Assembly: GCF_963676685.1 (NCBI RefSeq)
Contig: NC_092349.1
Span: forward strand, 87,482,001-87,546,000
From: Mytilus edulis
Taxonomy: Eukaryota
Length of the DNA stretch: 64,000 nt
Reading direction: 5' to 3'
This document shows, piece by piece, positions 36,586 through 48,800 of the stretch. Position numbers and translations under genes: made by a program. Position 1 is the first letter of the stretch. Every line of letters begins with the position of its first letter. Under the pieces are notes generated by a model. It did no database searches. It was given only the letters and a program-made list of their open reading frames with translations, and had not been told where the DNA came from.

Positions 36586-37057
36586 GGTGTCAGCTAAAAT
36601 AAATTAAAAAAAACACTAAAGAAATATCTGTTGTACAATTGCAATTTGCCTCAGATAGAACAGAACATATAGTGTTATGATAACATTCGTTTCATATTGC
36701 CAATGCACAAGATGGTAATTGGACCTTAACGTTACAGATATCAAATATTAATAAAATTGCAAGCAATTATAAGATGCCAATGTACGTAAATATAACATTT
36801 TCAATGACTTCAACAATATCCAGACTGTGTTAACTGTATAGTGACGATATGCATGAACTGGTTATTTATCTTACCGATACATACTTATAGTAATAGATAT
36901 TATAAATTCAATGAATGTTTGCTATATCTTATTACGAAATTGACTCCTGTTTCAGAAAATATTTCATCTGATGATATCTGCCTGGTTGATAAAATGAACA
37001 GTATACATTGTATTTAATTTATAATTCAATATTTGAAAAAATGTCAATATCGCTTAC

Positions 37058-37222
37058 CTGAATAAGTCTTTTAACATACACTATAATATTTTTGTTTAAA
37101 AGCGCAGTTACTAAGTAGCACATTGATTTTAAAACATATTTCTTCACGGTTTTGCGTTTGCTTATCATGGTATACAACTGGTTGACTTAACATAAGTTGC
37201 TTGGATTAGTTTTTCATCCCAG
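37058..37222 (-). promoter_or_regulatory. Putative non-coding exon 1 and promoter of LC8 copy 3
   Basis: Donor at 37057-37056; motif CTTGGATTAGTTTTTCATCCCAG at 37200-37222. Confidence 0.7.
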
Positions 37223-37839
37223 AATACACCAGAATCGGATATATTTCACTTTGACCTGAATCTACATATTACATCTTTGAATGAATATTAATAAAATGAA
37301 TTAGTACAACTTAAAACTTTAAATATTTTTTTTGATGTGTTTATTGACTAGCTTGATATATTCGAGTCTCTAAAACATAGGGCATATATTCACCGAATGT
37401 TCAACTTGATTCGCAGCATAACACAGAAGAAGAGTAAATAAAAGAATATTTGCAACATATGGGTTATTGATTTTGTTTATGAGAAGTTATACTTTAGCAG
37501 GAAAGTATCACATAGTCAAACATACATTTGCAATACTTCATTTACTTTTTATGTAAAACAAGATCTGATAATTTTCCTTATAAAGTATCATTAAATGCTG
37601 AATTAGTTTGTTGTTAATTGAAAATTGGTTCAACATAATTATCAAAATGGACTTCACATATCACAATTAACCCTACAACTAAACCTGTTAAATAATATAG
37701 GAGACAAGACGAAAACAGCGGAGGATATTCGCCCATAACCGGAGGGGATCCCAAAAGTAGTTTTAAAAAAACCTGTCTGTACTTTTTGTTTTATATTTCT
37801 GTATTGAACGAGCAAATTATTCATTTTTATCTTATTAAA

Positions 37840-38043
37840 AATTTACAAACAAACTGCACGTTTTACCAGTGAGAAAAAATTATTGTTTCATTTGAAATAT
37901 AACCTCCAAATTCTAAAATGTTGGATTTTTTATGTATGCAGCATTGACAATGAAAATTTCCATAGCTTTCATAACAAAGTCTACACTGTATTTGTAATGT
38001 CACCTGACATAAACACCTATTAAAAAACTGTAATTCCTGTCAT
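37840..38043 (-). pseudogene. Degenerate LC8 pseudogene (copy B)
   Basis: Paralogue of 16130-16351; ATG at 38043 with acceptor tttag|ATAGTATC-ATG. Confidence 0.75.
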
Positions 38044-38335
38044 GATACTATCTAAACAAATTACATAACTGATTATTCTTTATAAATGGAAGATAGTGCC
38101 ACTAGATAAGGAAGATCTGTCTCCCATTCTGGAGCACTAGAGATAATCCAACACAATTGATTAAGATTGTATTGTTTAATCTTTAGTTTGACTGGTAGTT
38201 TTTGTTGTCATTCGTTTTTGACATTCAGAAGCTCCTCCTTTATTTTTTGTCTTGTGTTTGAATTTCATCACTTCATCCCTTTACCATGGTGTTGCCTTAT
38301 TAAATCACTTATTCTTATTTACTGCCAATTTGTAA

Positions 38336-38804
38336 AAGAGGGGCGAAAGATACCAAAGGGACAGTCAAACTCATAAATCGAAAATAAACTGACAACGCCA
38401 TGGCTAAGAATGAAAAAGACAAACATACATATAATAGTACACATGACACAACATAGGAAATTAAAGACGAAGCAGCACGAACCCCAACAAAAACTGGGGG
38501 TGATCTCAGGTGCTTCAGAAGGGTAGTCAGACCCTGCTCTACATGTGGCACCCGTCGCGTTGCTCATGTTATTACAAACCCGATAAATAGTCTAATTTCT
38601 GGGTCACATTCGTGAAAGAGAAGGGGATTGTAGTTACGACGTGAGGAACATATCAAATATCATCTGTGAAACGGTTTTTCCATAACGGTCAACCAACTCG
38701 TGATGGCGTCCGTAAAATTTACGAAGGGATGATTTCAACTTCACTATTTGGAACTCTTGGTTTTATAGCTTCCTTGTGAGCAACGAGTAAGCTATTAAAC
38801 CAAG
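38336..38804 (-). mobile_element. Penelope-like element 3' fragment with TGTAA target duplication and 5' fold-back
   Basis: Reverse complement of ~12650-13072. TGTAA at 38331-38335 and 38805-38809; a single TGTAA at the empty paralogous site (~16656). Confidence 0.85.
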
Positions 38805-41093
38805 TGTAACTTCTTTTTTTTATTTTGTTTTTTACACCGAACGACGATTAGTGTTATATATATTATACCTTACATTCTTTTGTCTTGTATGCTTCCCCCA
38901 AATCGCCGTCTGTACAATGAAGAGGTGAAAATTTAGTATAACAAAATTAAATACGTAAATTCCTCGTCTGAAGAATTAGTTTTGACTGCTAGGCAAGGCC
39001 GAAACCGTAATACACAGGAAAAATTGCAACATATGATTTTCATATGTTTTATAAAACATATGAAAAACATATGATTTTTATATGTTTTTCATATGTTTTG
39101 TTCAACATATGATAATCATATGTTTTAAAACATATGTTTTCTGTCTGTTTTGAAACATATGAAAAACATATTCATATGAAAAACATATGTTTCATAAATC
39201 TTATGAAAAACATATGTTTTTCACGAAACATATGAAAAACAGCTGTTGAAAATCTTATGAAAAACATGTTTTTTATGAATCATATGATAAACATATGTTT
39301 TTCTTTATGTTGAAAATTACGTGAAAAAGGTATTTTTGTGGTATTTGAAGAGCATATTTAGCCTATTATACTCCCAGATTCAGCATATTAATCTATAATC
39401 TAACACCATATATTAGTGATAAACCCTGATAGTTTTGCATGGTTCACAAATCTCATTAGTGATCTTAGATCGAAGATGTTGAATAAATGTGTAAACATAC
39501 ATATGTTTTGCCTATGTATAACTATGATATTACAACAAATGCATAAGATAATGCATGAATCTTTAAAGAAATGATATATGCCAATGCTAAGGAAAATGCA
39601 TACTTAATATTATTAACTTAAAAGTACTTGTTTCAGTCAGACTCACAATATAATCATAAACTTAAGTTATGAAAATATTGCAAAGTCAATAAAGTCAATC
39701 AACAACGCATAAGGGTTGTAGTAAAAAATCTCCACAGAAATGAGATGTGCAGACGCTTATATAATAACATGTCAAATACCATAGACTTACCATACATTAA
39801 GTGATCCCTCGTAAACCAATTCATCAGAAACTTTAACATGTAAGCTATAGAAAACTTCAAAGTCAATAGACCATGACTGAAGGGCCTTGGACCAAGTTAT
39901 CTTCATTGAAATGATGAGTTTCAATACTATTATTTTCTAAAAGAAGTCATTTGTATGTATTTCCCATAGGGTCCTATGTTAAAGTAAGTCCCCTGCTGGT
40001 GGCCATTTTGGATGATGGCTACAAAGTAACAGCACTTCGTCAGCACCTCATAAGGAACATTTATGCTATGTTTGGTTAGCACCTCATAAGGAACATTCAT
40101 GCTATGTTTGGTTTGATTCCATTCAGTGGTTCTCCAGAAGAAGTTCAAAATGTAAAAAGTTTACACCGCCTGATGCCAAGTGATGAGAAAAGCTCATTGG
40201 AAATGAGATGTGCCTACGTCAGAAACAGTATTCCTTAGTCCTGTTTTTTGATTCAAGGTGACACAAAAACCAGAAAAGAAGGATTTTATTTTTTTTATAT
40301 ATTGATTAAACAAGACACCATTGTAATATGTATGATTAGACATGGTGAATGTGTCCAAGAAATAACAACATGAAATCTACACAATTCAACTCAAGCATAT
40401 GAAAGTGTAACTTGATAGAGTATATACGTTTCTGTCTCGTGGAATTGTGAAATAGAAGGCAATACATTCTTGCTCAATCCTGTGTCGCTTTTTTATCCAT
40501 GTGTTTCTGTAATTTGAATTTCAAAATGACTGAGTGACGTTTTTACGGCGAACTGGTCAACTCCACTATAGCGAATCACACGACTTTAACATAATCAGTA
40601 AATACCAGCAAAAAACATCATTTAAGGTAAAGAATTGTCGTATGAAAAAAAATACACGGGAAATGGCAAAGTTCTCGAAGTCTTGTCTGATTAATCAGTT
40701 TACAAAAAAAAATGTCCAAGCAAAGGGGGCGTATGACCCTCTACGCCCCCCTGTTTTGCCCCCACCCTCTGGAACCGCCACTGACAGTGATACTCAAATT
40801 GCAGACTCTTATTAGTAATAACAAAAATCTGTGTTTTCTGTGACCTCATTTTGTAAAATATATGTACATGATATTTTATTTATTACACTCTAACTGTCTA
40901 ACAGTTACATTTAATTATTCTCTGATTTAGAATAATTCTCGTTTGTCAATTTTCCAAACTTCACCATCATGCCCCCTTCAGCACAGTTATTTAATAATGA
41001 ATGGAACAAAATGTGAATGAGTTATAAATAATAGATAATTGATTGAATATCTGTTATTTAGTTTTTCTTTATTCTCATGATTCTTCCAGAGAC

Positions 41094-41148
41094 CAAGGAT
41101 TTGTATAGTAAGAAGGATTGGAATCTCGTCTTACTATACAAATCCTTG
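41094..41148. mobile_element. 55-bp P-element-like MITE
   Basis: Perfect 20-bp TIRs CAAGGATTTGTATAGTAAGA; 7-bp TSD CAGAGAC at 41087-41093 and 41149-41155. Confidence 0.85.
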
Positions 41149-43971
41149 CAGAGACACTATATATGCTCTGAGAATAATGATTCTTTATTCTATATTTTTG
41201 CTTTTTAACTAACTTTGTTGGTTTTTTGTCCTTATTTAATTCCCCATTCTCGATTCCAGACTAAGTTAACTCTCACAATAAATGATATGATATTATACGT
41301 AAATGTACGAAAGATACGGAAAACCGGAAATCTTTTCACCGTAGTCGTTTTTGTGTAATATGACGCGGAAGGACGCTCGTCTGCTGGTGTTTGAAATGGT
41401 CAGACGTTGACACAAAGAACTTTGGTTTTTCAAACAGATGGTTAAAAAAGCTATTGTAAACAGATATACTGAAATGGGTTACATTACTGATTAACTGGAA
41501 GAAACCGGAGAACGAAACATACATTTAAAAAAGTCATCGCAACAAAAGTGTATCTGGATAACCATGATAACTTTTTTGTACTTGTCCAATGAAAGGTAAA
41601 TATAATCATGCACATTTTTAGGACGATGTTAGACTAGTTTTATACTTTCATGAAAAAATATATAGTCACTTTATCCACGTCATGCATGTAAACCCCGAAA
41701 ATCAGTCAAAAATTGACTGGCACTGGTAAAACGCCAAACGCCTCACTTTTTTTAACAACACGGCCTGTTTTTTAAATTGCTCCACTCTTTTTTAGGGAGC
41801 TCAGTCTCATTCATCTACCATTTGAATTGTATGGGAGAAAAGGGAGTGGTTGGATGTTGGATGAAATTGAAATATCGAGGACGAGTTTTGAGTAAAAATC
41901 TAAAAGCCAGGACCCCCCAGTCTTCACGCTGAGTGACAGCCCAGGCTAGTAGAATTGCTCTCGGGCCTGTTAAATTCATATCTATAGGCCAACAGAATCT
42001 AACTAAAAAAAAATTAAAAATTGAGCTCCGGGCCTGTAGATTTAATACTTCATCGTGAAGACTGCCCCCCCCCCCCAAAAAAAAAAGTAACGACAATGCA
42101 GGATAACATTTCCATCATAGCCCCCCCCCTAAACCCTTGAAATAAATATAATTTGAACTTCAGCTTTTATCCGACAGCTTATATGTCGAATAAAAGCTCT
42201 ACAGAGCTTAATTATGTTGTATTGTTATATGACGTATAACTGACTTTAAATAAATCTTTTATGCTCATACTTTAATCCCTAATTATACTCCTGCCAACAG
42301 TCATGACAGTGGCAACTCACCTTACTTGGGAAAAATCTAAATGAATACAACATCAATATACAGTGCTCCAGCTAGAAATCAAAAGGGGCAGGGTGCCAGT
42401 GGAGGGCAGGGCACTTTTTTATGATAGGAAAAGGCACTGCTCATTTCTTTCGTTAACGTTTCTGTGTGTATCACAAGTTCATATTCTTTTTTTTTACTGT
42501 ATACATGGTATATGTTGTCAATAAAGATGCATAAGGTCCGAGACCGCAATTATCGTGCCTTGATTTTCGTTATTCACGAATATAGTCCCTAGTCATGCTA
42601 GTGTTGACAGTGGGTTACTTGCCATTAATTTTTATTCCCCTTCCAAAACTATTTCTCCATGTTTAATGCCTCAAATTGCAAGAAAGGGGGTGAAATTATA
42701 GTGTAAAAAAATTTGGGTCCCTAATTTTTTTTTAGGAAAGTAGAGTTTGGTCCAGCTGAAAAAGGTTAAAAATTAGCACCTCGGAAGCTGTCAAAAGATT
42801 TCAAGACGCCCTATATATAAAATTGTCCATATTTTGAGTTAGAGATGATGAAGTTTTCTATAATTTTGATATAATTTGTCCCAAAAGTAGTACAGCACAC
42901 TGTAAAAATTTCATTGAGAAAGCGCAGGTGGGATTTTAAAAATTATATATATATGTTATAAAGGTCTGCCAACTTGCCCTGCCCTACTTTAAAAAATGAA
43001 AACTTATCTACCCAGATTTTAAAAAAAATGTGACTGTCACCAGTAAAACTGCATTTGCAACTGTCAAATCCACAATTGACGATGACAACTCTTCAACTAC
43101 AGTACTGGTATTCCGATTCTAATTCATAACAAAAAGATATAATACGATGGAGTTTGAAAAAATGTATAAATTTGACATACAAAAAAAATCTGTGAAACTT
43201 CATGAATGATTTTTGCGCAAAGACGTCATGGCTAAATATGACTTCATGCAAATGAAAACTGACAAATTGGAGGTTAATAAGTTGCCTCTTCGATTCAAAT
43301 TTGGATAAAATCACTGTAAAACAGTGAATTGGAGAAGGTGTTGTTCTATTAATGACAACATTGTAGTAAATCGAACCTTTGTTGATCCAATCAATTCAAT
43401 ATTGCGGCCCCCTCCTTAGTTTTGCCTTGTCAACTGGGGAAATGTATGTATTTATTAGAGAATACATTTATTTAACTACTCGTATATGCTTAATATTTTT
43501 AGTGATTTGCCAGATAATTGCAAAGAAAACTGTTAATTGTATCATAATATATCTTATAGGTTTTTTAGCCAACTCAAAATCATGCTTTTAGGACCCCCTT
43601 GTTGTACTGAGGAAGTGGACCGCTCAAGAAGATGAAAGGTAATGTAAATATAAAAATAAGAAAATGTAGTATGATTGCCAATAAGAAAAGAGAGGAATTT
43701 GTAAAAGTGAAAATTCACTTGTTTTCCAATCCTAATACTAATAAAAGTGTCTTATATTGTAATGTTTAAATTACCTAATTATCTAAAAAAAAAAAAATTG
43801 TTTACACTAATGAGAAAAGACAACTCTCCATCAGAGATCAAATGACTTCAAAGTTAACAACTATAGGTCACCATACATCCTTCAACAATGAGCAAAGCTC
43901 AAACATTATACCATATATACTGTAAATTCTGAAATATTGTGTGGATTTATTATTGCCACCATTGCCATTTT

Positions 43972-44120
43972 CAGTGGCAGATCCAGAAATTTTCATAAGT
44001 GAGGGCCCACTGACTGCCTAAGAGGGGGCCTGCTCCAGTCATGATTCAGTGATCCCTATATAATCAACCAAATTTTTCCCAGAAAAAGGGGGCCCTGGCC
44101 CCCACCTAAATCCGCCTCTG
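43972..44120. mobile_element. Short hAT-like MITE
   Basis: CAGTGGCAGATCCAG / CTAAATCCGCCTCTG imperfect TIRs; ATTTT on both flanks; related solo ends near 40783 and 56347. Confidence 0.6.
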
Positions 44121-44183
44121 ATTTTATCATTTAAGACTTAAATGCAAGTTTAATTTTTAGGATTTTGAGAAAAATCCTGTTAA

Positions 44184-44731
44184 GGGGGCTCGCAGGTCTA
44201 AATCATTTTTTTTATTTAATATAAGATTTCGCTATATTTTTCTATCAATTAACTTTATCTTATACCTAATAGAAAAATGAAATAAAAAAATGGGGTCACC
44301 GTTCATTTACGCTCACAATCTGCCTTCGAAAAAAGCATACATTTTGGCTAATGTCCTTTTTTTCTGTTGAACTAATAGGAGAAAAAGCGGTAATATAGAA
44401 ATTAAAAAAGAATTAAATTACAGAAATCGCTAAAATTTTACAATTAATTAGTTTATGTACAGCTTTTTCGAAAACAATAATAAAAAAGATAGGTCACCGA
44501 TGAGTTAAAAAAGATATTTAAATTTTAATGCAAAAAAATGGCATTTTTGCACCAAAGGGAGATAATTTGGAGCTTTTTCAATAATATCTACATTTTAAAA
44601 GTCACCTGGGGCCAACACGTATTGATTTTTTGGAATAATTTTTGTACCATATAATAAAGTAACAACTTCTTAAGGCAATTAATAAAAATTTGTAAAGAAA
44701 AATAAACGTTTGATTTTTTTCGCGAGCCTCC
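44184..44731. mobile_element. Kolobok-like MITE with TTAA TSD
   Basis: TTAA-GGGGGCTCGC...GCGAGCCTCC-TTAA. Confidence 0.8.
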
Positions 44732-44799
44732 TTAAATTCATAAAAAATATTTCAAAATGCGAGTTTGAATTATTGCCTTTACAACTAAACTCTGTCCCA

Positions 44800-45862
44800 T
44801 TTTTGTCAAGCCTTTCGAAAAAGGCAAGACTAAGCAATCCTACATTCCGTCGTTGTCGGTGTCGTCAGCGGCGGCGTCCACACAAATATTCACTCTTGTG
44901 ATTAAAGTTTTTGAAATTTTAATAACTTTCTTAAACCATACTGGATTTCTACCAAACTTGACAGAAGCTTGTTTATGATCATAAGATAGTATCCAGAAGT
45001 AAATTTTGTGAAAATAAAATTCCATTTTTTTCCGTATTTTACCTATAAACATGATAAATGGACTTAGTTTTTCTGCGGGAAAACATTACATACACTCTGT
45101 GGTTAATGTTTTTAAAATTTAAATAACTTTCTTAAACTATCCTGGATTTCTATCAAACTTGGACAGAAGCTTATTTATCATCATAAGATAGTATCCAGAA
45201 GTAAATTTTGTGAAAATAAAATTCAATTTTTTCCGTATTTTACTTATAAATGCACTTAGTTTTTCTGCGGGAAAATATTACATCACTCTGTGGTTGTAGT
45301 TTTTTAAATTTTAATAACTCTCTTAAACTATCCATGGTTTGTACCAAACTTGGACAGAAGCTTGTTTATGATCATAAGATAGTATCCAGAAGTAAATTTT
45401 GTAAAATGACAAATCCATTTTTTCCATATTTTACTTTAAATGGACTTTTTTTCTGCCAGGAAACAACACATTCACTCTGGTTAAATTTTTAAAAATTTTA
45501 ATAACTTTCTTATACTATTTTTTATTTGTACCAAACTAAGACAAGCTTGTTTATGATCAAAAGCTAGTATCTAGAAGGAAATTTTGTTAATATTTTGTAC
45601 CTGTGTATCTGTATTTTACTTATAAATGGACTTAGTTTTTCTTCCAGTTAACATTACATCCAGTCTGCAGTTTAAGTTTTTAAAACATTTATTAGATTCA
45701 TAAACTATCCAGGATTTTTTACCAAACTTGGACAGAAGCTTCCTACAATCCAAATATGGTATCAAGCAGAATATTTTTATTGATTTTTTCCCTCATTTTT
45801 GTTGATCTTGCAATTTACAGCAAAAGTAGGCGAGACACTGGGTTCCACGGAATCCTTACAAA
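44800..45862 (+). mobile_element. Helentron/DINE-like element with about five ~190-200-bp tandem units
   Basis: 5' subterminal inverted repeat, (CGT/CGG)n microsatellite, units starting ~44890, 45092, 45283, 45472, 45660; 3' hairpin GGGTTCC-ac-GGAATCC. Related reverse 5' fragment at ~61657-61822. Confidence 0.8.
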
Positions 45863-48800
45863 TTTTTAGCAATAATCATGCTAATAAAAACCTCACAACA
45901 ATTTCTGAATTTACAGTAGTCTGGTATATAAAAAGACCCTAAATGAAAACGAAAAATATGTAAAACAATTCAAACTGAATTACAGGCTTCTGACATGGGA
46001 CAGGCACATACTAATTGAAGGATGTGATGGCCATTATGGGGCTATTGGGGGCTAGACTATATAGCTAGCAGTTTGTGGTGCCAAACCCACTTAACCTGGT
46101 ACATGTATATTGATGTGAAAAGGGCTTCACTCACAAGATCTATATACAGTATACAAAAAAGAAATGCATCTAACAAAAACTCACACAAGACATGTTTTTT
46201 GACAGTAAATTTATTCACACATTGACATTGGCAAGATACATGTACATTGAAAGGTTGTTCTGTTTGTTAAATGCCTGAAGTACAAATTATAACACAAATG
46301 ACAACAGGCCCGAGAACACAGTTCTTTCGTAGTGCATTAAATTCAAATTAAAAAAATCGCACCTGCTCTTTCTCAGAAAGATTTTTACAGTGTAGTGTAC
46401 TACCAGTGAGACAAATAATATCAAAATTATAGAAACTTCTACCAGCTCTAATGTTCACGAGTTTAGTCTTTCCTATATCAAAATGGTGTATTTTAACATG
46501 TTGGCCTATTAACTTAAAACAGCAAAACAAAATCTAATAAACATCTGACAGTAATTAATGCCTAGAATGATTTTTTTAACTGTATACAGTAGAATAGATA
46601 AATTAAAACCAGAAAGTTCATACTGTACATATATTTATTAGCTAAGCTGTTGATCTTCTTTCTGTTGTTTGCTTACATGTTCTTTGCATTCACTCAAAAG
46701 TAAAAGTACATATAGTTCTGTAAAGGTATAAAATAGTGAGCATCAGTTCAATATGTTCATACTAATTACTACATCTAGTTTTTGTGTGGACTTCATGGAC
46801 TTCTTGATTAAATAATTTAGATTTTATTCAATTTTAGCTTGTTACCAAAAGAATGGAAAGTACAGTATTAAAACCACTGGTGAACATGTACTGTACATGT
46901 AGGTGTGAATGTCCTGCAAAAAGAACTGATATCAAAGTATGTTCATCTCCAGAATTGCAGTAAATATAAATAATTTGATGCACTCTGTTCTCAAGTATAA
47001 TTGTACATGTACACTTGCTTATTTTTCTCTCTTTCCAATGTCAAGTCGGGGGTTAAGAAATTTTGTTATAGCTCACTAGACCAGGGCTAATTGGTAGCAG
47101 GATTTTACTAGCCCTGTTGGAAGAGCTGCTAGCCCAACAAAACTGACCTGCTGGCCCGAGTATGACTTACAAATTCAAAGTTTGCTGCAAAATACAATGA
47201 ATTCTATAAACTTTACAATTTTTATCCGTTGTACAGTAATTTTTAGCTAATTGGATAATCAAAACTATGTCAGCAAAAAAATATCCCATTAGCAGATATA
47301 TTCAATTGCTTTGATACATGTGATAATTGAATATTCCTTGACTATTCTGTAATAATGAGTTGACCAAATCCCGATATGGTACAACTCTTGACCACTGCTA
47401 TAGTATATTGGTATATAAAAGGATTGGGGTGATTTTTATCAAATACATCATTACGTTTGTGTATTAAAAAGAATTATGAAATGCTCATATTTGTTTTCAG
47501 TTTTAAAAATTCTCTTTATTAAAATAAATCAAATGACCTCAAATATTTATGTGAATAAATATCACCATCCATAGTTTGTGTCTTTTATAATTGTTTTATA
47601 AAGGAAGTACAGTAATATTTATATATAAAACGTATACATTTATCACAGGTAAGCTAATTGTGGGCTATAAATTGACTACAAACTGGGCATGAGTCTCTAA
47701 ACTGAAATAGTATTTGTTAGAAATTTTATTTCTTTAAAATCGAATTCAATTGAATATCAATGAAGATAATCGCTAAGATAGAACATGTAGAATGGTGATG
47801 AGGGGATTTTCCACTTTCTATTTTGAAAACGCCAAGAATTTTTTGTTTCTAGTCCGTCGGGCATATTAAGTTACAAGTTTTGGTTGCTCGAGGCCCAAAC
47901 GCTGTAGTAAAGAGTCAAAAATTAGTTTTATGGTTCAATAAATTCAAAATAAATAATAGCCGTTCATTAAAATGACATTTTATATTTAAATATTTTATGA
48001 TGTATTTAAATGAGTAGTTATTGTTGCAAACTCCATTAGAATTTTGAATTGAGATCATTTTTGGAATAAGAGAAAGGGGGACGTGGAAAAAAAATAGGGG
48101 TGGGGGTCATTTTAGATTTCAGAATTTAAAAAGAAAATTTCTTCAAATATTTTTTCTTTGAGAGGATTAATATTCAACAGCAAAGTAAATTGCTCAAAAG
48201 CAAAAAAAAAAAAATTAAGTTCATTAGACCACATTTATTCTGTGTCAGAAACCTATGATGTGTCAACTGTTTAATCACAATCCAAATTCAGAGCTGTATT
48301 CAGCTTGAATGTTGTGTCCATACTTGCCTCAACCTTCAGGGTTCGACCTCTGCAGTCGTATAAAGCTGCACCCTGTGGAGTATCTGGTTAAATTGGTCGC
48401 CATTTAGGTCCAAATGCCATACATATTATATACACAGGTAATGTGTAGTACACATGCATGAATAGAGTTAGTTTTCATTATTTAAAAAAAGAGGAAAATA
48501 TGTAGTATCATTGCCAATGAGACAACTATTCATCAGGTCAAAATGACTGAATGTTAGCAACTAAAGATACAAAAATAAACAGAGTTTTTCATTCATTTAA
48601 TTAAAAGCATTCACATAAGTATATTTTTTTACATTTTCTATTTTACATTATAGGTAATGAGATGTAGTAAAGAAGAAACAATGAGATGGAGTTAAGGAAT
48701 GAATTATAAAGAATGAACATGATGAAAGAAGGAACATAGCCAAAAAGATACTGAAATAAAAATAAATAAATACATTTGTTAATACATAAATTTGTATGTT

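Noticed and set aside
38490-38552. HDV-like ribozyme in the Penelope-like 3' UTR (GGGUGC/GCACCU with a G.U first pair)
   Set aside because: No adequate P2 or P3 and no C-N-A J4/2 strand; kept only as an unassigned structure.
39013-39310. CRISPR-like or satellite reading of the CATATG arrays
   Set aside because: Irregular short motifs without unique spacers, mirrored at 49495-49751; these are transposon subterminal repeats in a eukaryote.
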